64,000 bases of DNA from Candidatus Marinacidobacterales bacterium (GTDB lineage: Bacteria; Acidobacteriota; Vicinamibacteria; Marinacidobacterales; DATDRI01): contig OZ245365.1 of NCBI GenBank assembly GCA_965226495.1, positions 5,529,783 through 5,593,782 of the forward strand. The letters are read 5' to 3'. This document shows positions 45,720 through 55,576 of this stretch, one piece after another. Positions within the stretch are counted from its first letter, which is position 1. Each line of letters opens with the position of its first letter. The translations under genes were made by a program, and so were the position numbers. Under the pieces are notes generated by a model. That model worked only from the letters and a program-made list of their open reading frames with translations, made no database searches and was not told the origin of the DNA.

Positions 45720-46994
45720 TGCCGACGAAACTCCTCAACTTCCTTTTGTTGATTCTCCTCGCGGTGCCGTCCTTCCCACAGGGGTTGCCTAGCGCAAAGC
45801 CCGAGGATGTCGGCATGTCGACGGCGCGACTGGAGCGCATCCGCCCGGTCATGCAGGCCTATGTCGATGAGGGAAAGGTGCCCGGCATGATCACCGCCGT
45901 GGCACGGCGGGGGAAGCTGGTCCATGTCGATCAGCTGGGAATGATGGACCTCGAGCCAGGGAAGAAGATGAGATCCGACACCATCTTCCGCATCTACTCC
46001 ATGACCAAGCCGGTTACCGCCGTGGCGATGATGATCCTCTATGAGGAGGGGCGGCATCGCTTGAACGAACCGGTCTCGAAGTACCTCCCCGAATTGCAGA
46101 ACTTGACGGTCTAGCTGGGGGGGGCTGGGCAAGAATCTGCGCACGGAGCCGGCGAGGCCGATGACGATCAAGCACCTCCTCCTTCACACCTCAGGTTTGA
46201 TCTATGGAGCCGATGAGCCCGGAGTCCCCCAACTCTACCGGGACGCCGAGATCTGGGAAGCGGTCAGCCTTGAGGACTTCGTCGACAAGCTTGCGGGGCT
46301 TCCGCTTCTCGCCCAACCGGGAACGGAGTGGAATTATGGCGTATCGACGGACGTTCTCGGTCGATTGGTAGAAGTCCTTTCCGGAGAACGTTTCGAAGAA
46401 TTCCTGGAAGAGCGCATTTTTCTGCCCCTCGGGATGGTGGACACGGCCTTCTACGTTCCGGACGAAAAGCTCGACCGCTTCGCAGCCAACTACCAAGCCA
46501 CACCAGAGGGTGGCTTGAAGCTCATCGACTCGCCCAAAAACAGCGAGTTCCGAAATCCGAATCCAGTGCCCTACGGCGGTCAAGGCCTGGTCTGCACCGT
46601 CGGCGACTTCGTACGTTTCGCCCAGATGCTCGCCAACGGTGGAGAGCTCGACGGGGTTCGGATCCTCGGACGCAAGACCGTAGACTTCATGATGCTCGAC
46701 CATTTGGGACCCGAGCTGGGGCCCGCGCCGCTCGGCGAGGCCGCGGGTTGGTACGGGATGAGCCCCGAAGGCTTGGGCTTCGGACTTGGCGGCTCCGTCG
46801 TGCGCAACGTCGCTCAGAACTCCTTGATCGGCTCGACCGGCGACTTTTCCTGGGGCGGGGTAGCGAGTACCTACTTCTGGATCGATCGGAGCGAAGCGCT
46901 CATCGCCGTGCAGTTCACCCAACTCATGCCCTCCGACAAGTATCCGATCCGTGCCGAGATGAAAATCCTCACCAATCAAGCCATCATCGACTGA
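45719..46994 (+). pseudogene. Beta-lactamase-family serine hydrolase interrupted by an in-frame TAG plus a frameshift at a G8 homopolymer (46117-46124)
   Basis: Part 1 (45719-46114) carries the signal peptide and SMTK (SxxK) motif and ends ...LPELQNLTV*. Part 2 continues in another frame: GGLGKNLRTEPARPMTIKHLLLHTSGL...WNYGVSTDVLG... Removing one G alone does not remove the TAG. The stop of the SSS gene overlaps the ATG (TGATG). Confidence 0.7.
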
Positions 46995-47012
46995 ACGCAA
47001 AAAGCGCAGAAT

Positions 47013-48152
47013 ATGACACAAGACGTTTTCGCTCCCCAACTGAGCATCGGACCTCGCGTCCGCAAGTCACCCTACTTCGACGCCACGTTGCGGTGGGGGG
47101 TCAAAGCCTTCACGATTTACAACCATATGTACATGCCGACCGTCTTTACCGATCCGGTGGACGAGTACTGGAAGCTCGTGAAGAACGTCACGTTATGGGA
47201 CGTGGCCTGCGAGCGACAGGTCGAGATCACCGGTCCCGACGCAGCCAGGTTCGTCCAGCTCTTGACACCGCGGAATCTCGCGAAATGCGCGGTAGGTCAG
47301 TGCAGGTACGTGATCTTCACGACAGAGGACGGCGGGATTCTGAACGACGCGGTCCTGCTACGCCTCGGCGAGAACCAGTTCTGGCTCTCCCCGGGGGACG
47401 GCGACGTGCTCCTATGGGCGCAAGGCGTCGCGGTGAACTCCGGGATGGACGTCACTATCGACGAGCCCGATGCGTCACCACTCCAGCTTCAAGGGCCGAA
47501 GGCGCCTCTGGTGGCCCAAGCCCTTTTCGGTGACCGGGCACTCGACCTCTCCTACTACCACTTACGGGAGACTGAGCTCGACGGGATTCCACTTGTCTTA
47601 TCTCGCACCGGCTGGAGCGGCGAGCTCGGCTACGAGCTCTTCTTGAGAGATCGCCGCCAGGGCGATGCCCTTTGGGAAAAAGTCATGACGGCAGGCAAAC
47701 CATACGGCATCGCCCCCATCGCGCCGAATCTCATTCGGAGCGTCGAGGGTGCCATCTTTTCTTACGTCTCCGACATCACGCGCGAAGACAATCCATTCAC
47801 CATCGGTTTCGATCGCATGGTCGATCTCGACCATGACTTCATCGGCCGCCAGGCGCTCACAAAGATCAAAGCAGATGGCGTCAAGCGCCGCTTGGTAGGT
47901 GTCGAGATCTCCGGCGATCCGTTACCCGGGAACGATCAATTCTGGTATGTAACGGTCGGCGGAAAGAGGGTCGGACGTGTGACTCGATGCGTTCACTCGC
48001 CTCGATTGAAGAAGAACATCGGCTTCGTCAACGTGCCGACCGAATATTCCGAAGCCGGTTCGAAGCTCACCATCGCCGTGCCTTCAGGCGACGCCGAGGC
48101 CACGGTGGTACCGACGCCGTTCGTCGCGTCTCAGAAGAAGATCCCACGGTAA
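47013..48152 (+). CDS. Aminomethyltransferase-family (GcvT-like) folate-binding protein
   Basis: GcvT fold pattern (…LWDVACERQVEITGPDAARFVQLLTPRNL..., GWSGELGYELF...). 379 aa. Confidence 0.72.
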   Translation: MTQDVFAPQLSIGPRVRKSPYFDATLRWGVKAFTIYNHMYMPTVFTDPVDEYWKLVKNVTLWDVACERQVEITGPDAARFVQLLTPRNLAKCAVGQCRYVIFTTEDGGILNDAVLLRLGENQFWLSPGDGDVLLWAQGVAVNSGMDVTIDEPDASPLQLQGPKAPLVAQALFGDRALDLSYYHLRETELDGIPLVLSRTGWSGELGYELFLRDRRQGDALWEKVMTAGKPYGIAPIAPNLIRSVEGAIFSYVSDITREDNPFTIGFDRMVDLDHDFIGRQALTKIKADGVKRRLVGVEISGDPLPGNDQFWYVTVGGKRVGRVTRCVHSPRLKKNIGFVNVPTEYSEAGSKLTIAVPSGDAEATVVPTPFVASQKKIPR

Positions 48153-48159
48153 CCCGCGC

Positions 48160-49776
48160 TCATTTACCGTCCGCGAACTGCTCTCTGAGCTTCGTTTTCA
48201 AGAATTTTCCTGTCGATGTACGGGGGATCGCTTCCACGAACTCGTAGGCATCGGGGATCCACCACTTGGCGAATTTGGGCGCGAGAAAAGCGCGGAGCTC
48301 TTCGGCCGTGGCCTTCGCTCCTTCTTTGAGAACCACAACGGCGAGAGGGCGTTCTTGCCATTTGGGATCGGGGATCGCGATGACCGCCGCCTCCTGAACC
48401 GCTTGGTGACCCATGAGCGCTCCCTCAAGATCCACGGAGCTGATCCACTCGCCCCCCGATTTGATAAGGTCCTTCGTGCGATCGGTGATCTTGACGTAGC
48501 CTTCGGGATCGATCGTCGCTACGTCTCCCGTACAGAACCACCCGTCTTCGGTCCATCGGTCTCGCTCGGACACCTTGAAGTAGCTTGACGCGACCCAGGG
48601 TCCGCGAACCTGAATTTCTCCCATCGTCTTTCCGTCCCACGGAACTTCACCGTCTTCGGAGACGGCGCGCAGATCCACCAGCGGAGAAGGTATACCTTGC
48701 TTCGCGCGGTAGGCGTATCGCTCGTCCTCTGAGAGATCCCTCATGCTGGCCTTTACCTTGCTCAACGTCCCCAGGGGTGTCGTCTCGGTCATGCCCCACG
48801 CCTGGATGACCTCGATACCGTGACGATCGAACGCTCGGATCAATGTTTCTGGGACGGCGGATCCTCCGACCAAGGCCCGCATTCCTGGAGAGAGGGTCCA
48901 ACGGTCCGGAGTCTTATCCAGCTCTTGCACCATCCCGAGCCAGATGGTGGGAACGCCCGCGGTGACCGTGACCTTCTCTTTTTCGTATAGATCCAGGAGA
49001 CTTGGTGGGTCCAAGTGCGGACCGGGGAACACCAGCTTACAACCGACGAGAGTCACGGTGAATGGAAGCCCCCAGCAATTGACGTGGAACATCGGCACCA
49101 CCGGCAAGACGACGTCCCGCTGGGAAAGTCCCATCATGTCTTCGAGTGCACAGGCAAAGGAATGCAGCACGAGAGCGCGATGGGAGTACACGACGCCCTT
49201 GGGACGGCCCGTGGTGCCGGAGGTGTAGCAGAGGCCGGCCGCATCGTTCTCCTCGATCTCCGGTTCCTCGAAATCTCCAGTGGCACGATCCAGTAGCTTT
49301 TCGTAGCTTTCACAACCTTCGGGGATCGCGTCCTCCGAATGAGAGACCACGAAGATACGCTTGAATTTAACGCGGTCGGCGAACTTCTCGAAGAGTGGCA
49401 GCAAGACATCATCGACGATCAGGAACCGATCTTCGGCGTGCTCGACGATGTAGACCAAGTCGTCGGGGTGAAGGCGGAGATTCAGCGTGTGGACGACCCC
49501 ACCGGCAGCCGGAATCCCAAAGTAGGCCTCCAGGTGTGCGTGATGATTCCACATGAACGTCGCCACGCGGTCGCCGCGATTGAGACCCGCTTTGAGCAAC
49601 CCCTCGCTCAGAGCTCGAGACCGGCGTTCGATGTCCGCATACGTGTGCCGCCGGAGCGACTTGTCGGGTTCCTGCGAAACGATCTCGACTCGAGCGAAGA
49701 GCTTCGCAGCCCGCCGGAGGAGGTGGGTCAACGTGAGAGGGTAGTTCATCATGTTCCCTTGCATGCATCCCTCCAT
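48160..49776 (-). CDS. AMP-dependent acyl-CoA synthetase (fatty-acid--CoA ligase family)
   Basis: LCYTSGTTGRPKGVVYSHR (AMP-binding motif I), and Gly-rich/DxxR/K motifs further on. Probable start MMNYPLTL (about 49752). Confidence 0.85.
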   Translation of the reverse strand: MEGCMQGNMMNYPLTLTHLLRRAAKLFARVEIVSQEPDKSLRRHTYADIERRSRALSEGLLKAGLNRGDRVATFMWNHHAHLEAYFGIPAAGGVVHTLNLRLHPDDLVYIVEHAEDRFLIVDDVLLPLFEKFADRVKFKRIFVVSHSEDAIPEGCESYEKLLDRATGDFEEPEIEENDAAGLCYTSGTTGRPKGVVYSHRALVLHSFACALEDMMGLSQRDVVLPVVPMFHVNCWGLPFTVTLVGCKLVFPGPHLDPPSLLDLYEKEKVTVTAGVPTIWLGMVQELDKTPDRWTLSPGMRALVGGSAVPETLIRAFDRHGIEVIQAWGMTETTPLGTLSKVKASMRDLSEDERYAYRAKQGIPSPLVDLRAVSEDGEVPWDGKTMGEIQVRGPWVASSYFKVSERDRWTEDGWFCTGDVATIDPEGYVKITDRTKDLIKSGGEWISSVDLEGALMGHQAVQEAAVIAIPDPKWQERPLAVVVLKEGAKATAEELRAFLAPKFAKWWIPDAYEFVEAIPRTSTGKFLKTKLREQFADGK

Positions 49777-49812
49777 CGGTGAATCAGTGCGCGCTCACTC
49801 TTCCATTCGTGG

Positions 49813-49930
49813 CGCGGGGCCCCACCCCCACGCCTCTCGCTTCGCTGGCGCTGCGCTCGGGCTGAGGGCTCCGCTCGGGCCGGGCTCGCTCCTTCATCAA
49901 CGCGGCGGGGCCCCACCCCGGCCGCCGTCG
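49813..49930. repeat. Two tandem divergent copies (49813-49851 and 49899-49940) of the GGCGAAGCGA...GTGGGGGTGGGGCCCCGCG motif, in reverse orientation
   Basis: + strand GCGCGGGGCCCCACCCCCACGCCTCTCGCTTCGCTGGCG and GCGGCGGGGCCCCACCCCGGCCGCCGTCGCTTCGCCGGCA. The reverse complement of copy 1 is nearly identical to 8507-8535. Lies between the MFS stop and the acyl-CoA synthetase start. Confidence 0.6.
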
Positions 49931-49975
49931 CTTCGCCGGCAAGCGGCTTCGCGACAGCTGACGGCTCCTCGCAGA

Positions 49976-50008
49976 GGGTGCAGTGAATCCGTAGGCACCC
50001 TCTGGTGA
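49976..50008. other. Perfect 10-bp inverted repeat CAGAGGGTGC-N13-GCACCCTCTG
   Basis: Read from the sequence. 47 nt downstream of the MFS stop on the minus strand. Not followed by a U-run in either orientation. Confidence 0.5.
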
Positions 50009-50054
50009 CTCAATGGTGCTTCTACTACTACTTTGACTTGCTGGCAAGTCGACA

Positions 50055-51336
50055 TCACCGGTCTTGAAACGTTTCGTCGGAGCGGATCCCGAGCCAGAGA
50101 AGAGCGGCGATCCAACTCACCACAGCGGCGCTTCCCAAGGCGAAAGACCAGCCGAACCAACTAACCAGCAAAGGGACCAAGGGTGTACAGATGACGCCAC
50201 CCAAGTTGGTCCACATGTTCATCACTCCGCTTGCCGAGCCCGCATGGCGCCCCGAGACGTCCACGATGGACGACCAGTAGGCGCCCTCGGTGAGCTCACC
50301 GAATCCGAAACACGACGAAAGCGCGAGGACCGCGTGCCCGGTATTGGCACCGATCACGAGTGTAATGCCGGATAGCGTCATCCCGATGAGGCCCACCCAC
50401 CTTCTACCCCAACGTCGTCCGATGCGAATCGACAAGCGGTCGGTAATGTGTCCCCCGACCGGCGCCGCGATCCCGCCCACGATGAAGGGCATGCTCGCGA
50501 AGAAACCGCTTTCCAGTATCGTGAACCCTCGCACGTCGATCAGATACAAGAAAACCAGAATACGAAATATAGAAGACGTAGCCGTAGCAGAAGTAGCTTA
50601 TCGAAAGGAGGAAAACGTTCTTGTTCCTGAACAATAGCCACGGATTCGCTGCGGTGGGCGTCGAAACGGTGGTTTCTTCTCCACCTTGGGAAATGATCGC
50701 TAGCTCTCCGCGCGTCACGGCGCGGTGATCCTCCGGTCGCTCGGTGGCGTACCAGCGGTACAACACGGCGATCAAGAAGGCGAAACCGGCGGCCACGTAG
50801 AACGCGTTACGCCACCCTACTGTCACCATCAACGACGAAATCACGGGCGGCGTAAAGGCGGAACCGATCGATAGCCCGCCGATCAAAAGAGCGAGCGGGA
50901 AAGCTCGCCCGTTCGAAGGAAACCAGTTTGCTACCGCCCGGGCCGCTACCGGATAAGTGGGTGCTTCCACGACGACCCCCAGGAGGAAGCGCAACACGAG
51001 CAAAGAAACTAGCGCGGCGAACCCGCCGGGAACGAGCAGACCGGGAACCAACCCGCTCAAGACGGTGAAGATTCCCCAGAAGAAGGCCGCTCCCCATAGA
51101 ACCCGCCACGCCCCGAAACGGTCCCCAATCCAACCGGCCGGAATCTGGCAGATGGTATAGCCGATCATGAAGCTGCTGAAGACCCAACCCATCTGCTGTT
51201 CAGACAGGTCGAGCTCGGGCATCATGAACGCCGAGGCAACGGAGATGTTCATCCGCTGCAGATAGCTGACGAAGCTAAACCCGACCAAGAGGGCCAGGAT
51301 CTTCCACCGAACTCTGGAAGCCCTGGAAGGGGACAT
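50055..51336 (-). pseudogene. MFS transporter with an apparent +1 frameshift around 50575 (or sequencing error)
   Basis: N-half ORF (51336-50404) has TM1-6 and ends ...YFCYGYVFYI then nonsense. C-half ORF (50549-50055) resumes ...IFRILVFLYLIDVRGFTILESGFFASMPF... in the +1 frame (TTG/ATA region). Together they make one 12-TM MFS. Confidence 0.65.
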
Positions 51337-51376
51337 TGTGGAGGATAGGCGGCGGGAAGACGGTCGATCCGTCTTG

Positions 51377-52000
51377 CTACGGACCGACCCATTCGACGTG
51401 TGCGTACTCGCCGCTCTTGCCGGACAGGTCCCAGTTCCGCCCCCAGTCGCGAAAGCGGCTCTTGGTCCCGGTGCACACGACGACGTCCGGAGACATCCAG
51501 TAGCTCGTGTTCTTTATCTCGGTGACGCCTAGGCCACCGGCTCCGACGATGGGCTCGATTAAGCCGTCGATCGTCTTCGGGATGGTCACTTGCCATCCTC
51601 TGCCCTTTTTCTCGAAGCTGATGGGCACTTGCTTGCTGCCGAGAAAGTTGGCGATCATGATCCGGAACCAACCGACCGGGCCACCAGCCTGACCGGAAAG
51701 GATGTCGGTCATGGCCTTGGCGGCGGCGGGACTCGCCTGGTCGTCGATGTAGAGAGCGAAGGTCCAGCCACCTTCGGCGAGAGGACCGGGCACCTCCATC
51801 AGCACCGCCGCCTTCAGGCCGTCCAGCTTCTCGTCACCCGCATGCCCCTTGTGGATGTTGAGCCCCCACCAAGTCTGACAAACACCGTGGCTGGGCTTCG
51901 CCTTACCGAGGGAAACAACGCAGGGACAAAAAACCTCGCAGTTGCAACTGAGTGCCAGCTCTCCTTTGATCTTCCAAGGTGCCACTTCTTCCTTCTTCAC
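51377..52000 (-). CDS. DUF1326-like protein (CNCxxxCPC N-terminal motif; recalled from memory)
   Basis: ELALSCNCEVFCPCVVSLGKAKPSHGVCQTW. 207 aa, soluble. 28 bp downstream of the DUF2182-like membrane-protein gene. Confidence 0.6.
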   Translation of the reverse strand: MKKEEVAPWKIKGELALSCNCEVFCPCVVSLGKAKPSHGVCQTWWGLNIHKGHAGDEKLDGLKAAVLMEVPGPLAEGGWTFALYIDDQASPAAAKAMTDILSGQAGGPVGWFRIMIANFLGSKQVPISFEKKGRGWQVTIPKTIDGLIEPIVGAGGLGVTEIKNTSYWMSPDVVVCTGTKSRFRDWGRNWDLSGKSGEYAHVEWVGP

Positions 52001-52028
52001 GTTCGTTCCTTTCGCCGTTACGTTGTCG

Positions 52029-52844
52029 CTAGTTCATCAGGCCCAACCTCAACAAGTACAGCCCCCAAACTACGAACAACACGCCCGCCCCGCGTCCGAT
52101 CTGGTGCCCCGATGGGGCCAGTTTCTCAACCAGAACCAAGCCAGCGATCGCCGCCAGCCATAGAAGGTTCATGACCCCGGCGACGAACATCAGAGCCATC
52201 AACGCCCAGCAGCAACCTACGCAGAACGCCCCATGCTCGAGCCCCATCACCAGTGCCCCCGACCTACCAGGCCGCCAAGACGTCATGAAGAAGGCGAGAG
52301 GAGACCGACAGTGAGTCAGACATGCGTTCTTCAGTCGACTCCATTGAAAGAGGCCGGCCACCACCAAGACGAGTCCGCCGAAGATCACATTGGTGCTCAC
52401 GCCCGCCGCCGAAACGAGTGCCGCATGGTGAAGGCCCCATTGAGCCACCGCGCCAAGCGCGCTGAAACCGGTCCACACGACGATGTAGCCGAGCAAGAAC
52501 GCCGCCGTGGGGGAGAAGGGTTCACGATCGGGATCTGTTTGTTGTTTCCGGTTGATCTTCGCAAAAGTCAAAATCATCTGAGAGGCCGAAGGAACCATCA
52601 TCGCGATCATCATGACCGTCCACATCACGAACAGAAACAGGAAGTCCCGGACGCTCCACGCCTCGATGTGCGGATGGGTGATGCTCGTGCCAACAAATGT
52701 ATGCGCGGGGTTTGTCGCCAGGTAGGCAGTGTAGGTCCAGGCGAGGAGCGACACACCGATGAGGCCACTCATCACGACCGCGCGGTCGCGACTCAATACC
52801 GACTCCAGGGCGGTAACTCCTTCATGCGTATGATGCGTCACCAT
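52029..52844 (-). CDS. DUF2182-like integral membrane protein (predicted metal-binding; recalled from memory)
   Basis: Six TM helices, His/Cys-containing loops (HAFCVGCCWALMALMFVAGVMN, THCRSP). Paired with the DUF1326-like gene. Confidence 0.6.
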   Translation of the reverse strand: MVTHHTHEGVTALESVLSRDRAVVMSGLIGVSLLAWTYTAYLATNPAHTFVGTSITHPHIEAWSVRDFLFLFVMWTVMMIAMMVPSASQMILTFAKINRKQQTDPDREPFSPTAAFLLGYIVVWTGFSALGAVAQWGLHHAALVSAAGVSTNVIFGGLVLVVAGLFQWSRLKNACLTHCRSPLAFFMTSWRPGRSGALVMGLEHGAFCVGCCWALMALMFVAGVMNLLWLAAIAGLVLVEKLAPSGHQIGRGAGVLFVVWGLYLLRLGLMN

Positions 52845-52900
52845 TTGCTTTTCGATGAGTACTCTTTCCCAGTTTGTGTGTCAACTTGCAGGCTAAGTGA

Positions 52901-54192
52901 CTAATCGCCGTCTTTCTCGAAACGGGACAGCGAAAAGAATGGGTCGGGGGTCCGCTTTTCTAGCACGAGCTCGGCAACCTGTTCGCCAACCGCGGGGCCG
53001 TGTTTAAACCCGTGTCCGGAGCCTCCACCAACCAGCCACACGTTCTCTAAACGTGGATGGCGATCGAGTATGAAGTGTGAGTCGGGACTGTTCTCGTACT
53101 GACACACGCGCGCCTCGAGAAGGGGAGCCCCCTTGAGGCCGGGGAATCGGAACTCGACATAGTCACGTGCCGCCGATAGTGCGGTCGGCGAGTAGGTTCT
53201 TTCACCGTCAGTAGGATCGAACGGCTCGCCTCGACCATCGTCTGCGATTTTGAATCCCCGCCACTCGCTTCCTGGAATGCCATAGAAGAGACGCTCGCCG
53301 TTATCGATCCATACCGGAAGGGTGTGGCCCGAGTAGCGAGAGTCTCCAGGCGGCGTGCCAAAGTAAAAGATTTCCTGTCGCGTCGGGCGGATGCGATCTC
53401 CTAGGACATCGGGGAAAAGCCTGCCGAGCCAAGGACCGCAGGCGAAAACGAACTGGTCGCCGGAAACGAGGGACCCATCCGGGAGCAGGACCCCTCCCAA
53501 CTTTCCGTTCTCATCGGGTCTCGGTTTAGCCGCACTCTGAAGGTACTGACCTCCTTCGGCGAGGAAGCCTTCGAGAACAGCGGCGCAAGCCCGACGCGCC
53601 AGCAAGTAGCCCGCGTCTTGTTCCTGGATCGCCCAACGGACGCCCTCGAAATGGATCTGGGGAAACCGTCGTCGCGCCTCTGCCACATCGAGCTCCTCGA
53701 ACCGGAGTCCGACGTCGCGCAATATGGGTAGAGATGCTTTTTCGTAGCCGTCGTTCTCCCCAACCATCCATAAGGCGCCGGTCGGTCGGTAAAGCGGACG
53801 GTTCCAGAGTTTCTCGTTCTCTTTCCAGAGCGCGAGCGAACGGGCCACCATCTCGGCGTAGATCCGATCCGGACCGTAGGTTCCCCGAATGACCCGCGAC
53901 TCGCCCCCCGAGCTTGCCCGGGAGTTCCCGGTCCCCAGGTGTCGAGGAGAGTCACCTTGGCACCGCTCCTCGAGAGATGAAGCGCAGTCCAACCCCCGAA
54001 GGCTCCGGCGCCTACCACAACCACTCGCGGTCCTTGGCGCGTCGCGACCTTAGCCGGCTTCCCCTGCGAGCCGAATCCCGGAATCATTGCCACTGCGGCA
54101 CTCGCCTTCAAAAGCGAGCGGCGTGAAACGCCGCCTTCCTTTCGGCTAGGACCACCCCCCTTTTTCGCCATCAGACCTCCTCGGTCCCGCAA
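52901..54192 (-). pseudogene. Sarcosine-oxidase-like FAD oxidoreductase (DAO family) with twin-arginine signal; 1-nt deletion frameshift near 53940 (or sequencing error)
   Basis: Upstream ORF has SRRSLLKASAAVAMIPGFG (a Tat motif) and RVVVVGAGAFGGWTALHLSRSGAKVTLLDTWGPG. Downstream ORF continues NSRASSGGESRVIRGTYGPDRIY... through a C-terminal HGFKHGP. The junction sits in the CCGGGAACTCCCGGG run. Confidence 0.65.
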
Positions 54193-54246
54193 AGCCTCTG
54201 CACGGTTGAACTTGTCGTCCAGCCCCCCGCCGCGAGGCCTAACGGT

Positions 54247-54267
54247 TTGACCATAATATGGTAAAAT
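54247..54267. promoter_or_regulatory. Palindrome ACCATA-a-TATGGT (54252-54264, overlapping a TTGACC hexamer at 54247-54252) with a second ATATGGT 17 bp downstream, immediately upstream of the Rieske oxygenase gene
   Basis: Read from the sequence. Sits in the divergent region between the FAD-oxidoreductase and Rieske genes. TAAAAT at 54262-54267. Confidence 0.4.
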
Positions 54268-54277
54268 CCATCACGAT

Positions 54278-55420
54278 ATGGTCAAGACCCGTGCTCCGGT
54301 TGTGGGCTCACTCGGCGCCAAGGGGACGCGCCGGCCATTCGAGCAAGCCTCTCCGCTTCCAGGCGATTTCTTCCATTCTTCAGAGGTCCTTTCCGCAGAG
54401 CTCGACCGAATCTTCGCAAGAACGTGGATCGTCGTCGGCCGCGAGGAAGACATTTCCGAGCCCGGGAGCTATTTCACTCGTGAGATCGGTAAGGAGTCCA
54501 TCGTATTGCTCCGTGGTACCGGCGGTGAACCCAGAGCGTTCTTCAACGTCTGCCGCCACCGAGGTGCCAAGCTCTTAGAGAGCTGTGACGGAGCCAAGCT
54601 CAAGAAGATCCAATGCCCTTATCATGCCTGGACCTACGATCTCGACGGGCGACTCGCCGCCGCTCCGCTCATGGAGTCGACGCCCGGCTTCTCGAGGGAG
54701 GATTATCCACTAGTTCCTGTAAGGGTCGAAACATGGGAAGGTTTCCTTTTCGTGAACTTGGATGACGATGTTGAGCCTCTCGAGCCGCAACTCGCAGGCT
54801 TCCCCAACGTCTCGCGCTTCCAGCTTCCCAACCTGCGCCGGGGCGGGCGCGTCGCCTACGATGTGGCCGCCAACTGGAAGCTCATCGGCGAGAACTACAA
54901 CGAGTGCTACCACTGCGCTCTCGTTCATCCTCAACTTCATCGCATCAGCCACTATCAAAGTGGCGGGAGAATAGAATCGGGGATGAATTTCACCGGAGGT
55001 CCCATGACCCTCAACGAGGGGTTTACGACCATGACCATGAGCGGGAGGAGCACACGCCCTCCCATTCCTGATCTCGTTCCAGAGGATCATCGGACCGTTC
55101 ACTATTTCCACCTCTACCCAGGCTTTCTGCTCAGCCTCCATCCTGACTACGTCTTGACGCACACCGTTTGGCCGGTCGACACATCCCACAGCCGCGTGAT
55201 TTGTGAATGGCTCTTTACGCAAGATGCCATGGCCCGGGAAGACTTCGACCCCAGCGATGCTATTGAGTTTTGGGACGTCACCAACCGGCAAGACTGGGAA
55301 CTTTGCGAGATCGCTCAGAAAGGAGTCCGATCTCGAGGCTACCGGCCCGGCCGCTATCAAGCGGGCGAGAGCTCGGTCCACGCCTTCGACAACTGGTGCC
55401 TCGATCAACTGGAGAGCTAA
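54278..55420 (+). CDS. Rieske [2Fe-2S] non-haem-iron oxygenase alpha subunit (GbcA/CntA/VanA-like demethylase/monooxygenase family)
   Basis: CRHRGAKLLESCDGAKLKKIQCPYHAWTY (CxH-X17-CxxH) and the catalytic NYNECYHCALVHPQLH (Fe ligands). 380 aa. Confidence 0.8.
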   Translation: MVKTRAPVVGSLGAKGTRRPFEQASPLPGDFFHSSEVLSAELDRIFARTWIVVGREEDISEPGSYFTREIGKESIVLLRGTGGEPRAFFNVCRHRGAKLLESCDGAKLKKIQCPYHAWTYDLDGRLAAAPLMESTPGFSREDYPLVPVRVETWEGFLFVNLDDDVEPLEPQLAGFPNVSRFQLPNLRRGGRVAYDVAANWKLIGENYNECYHCALVHPQLHRISHYQSGGRIESGMNFTGGPMTLNEGFTTMTMSGRSTRPPIPDLVPEDHRTVHYFHLYPGFLLSLHPDYVLTHTVWPVDTSHSRVICEWLFTQDAMAREDFDPSDAIEFWDVTNRQDWELCEIAQKGVRSRGYRPGRYQAGESSVHAFDNWCLDQLES

Positions 55421-55576
55421 CTAACCGACCGCTCTCGGTGCTGGCATCGAAGCTCCTACCTGTGGTACTCAACTCCGCCGGGGGCGATCGTTCAGAGGTC
55501 AGCCACGATCGTGCCCACGCGCTTAAATCGTAATCATCCAAACCCACTGTGCTGCTAGCCGAGGAGATCCAAACCC

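Noticed and set aside
49751-50008. 85-aa + ORF spanning the tandem GC-rich repeats
   Set aside because: It is repeat-encoded low-complexity sequence (RGAGPHPHA / RGGAPPRPP), treated as non-coding.
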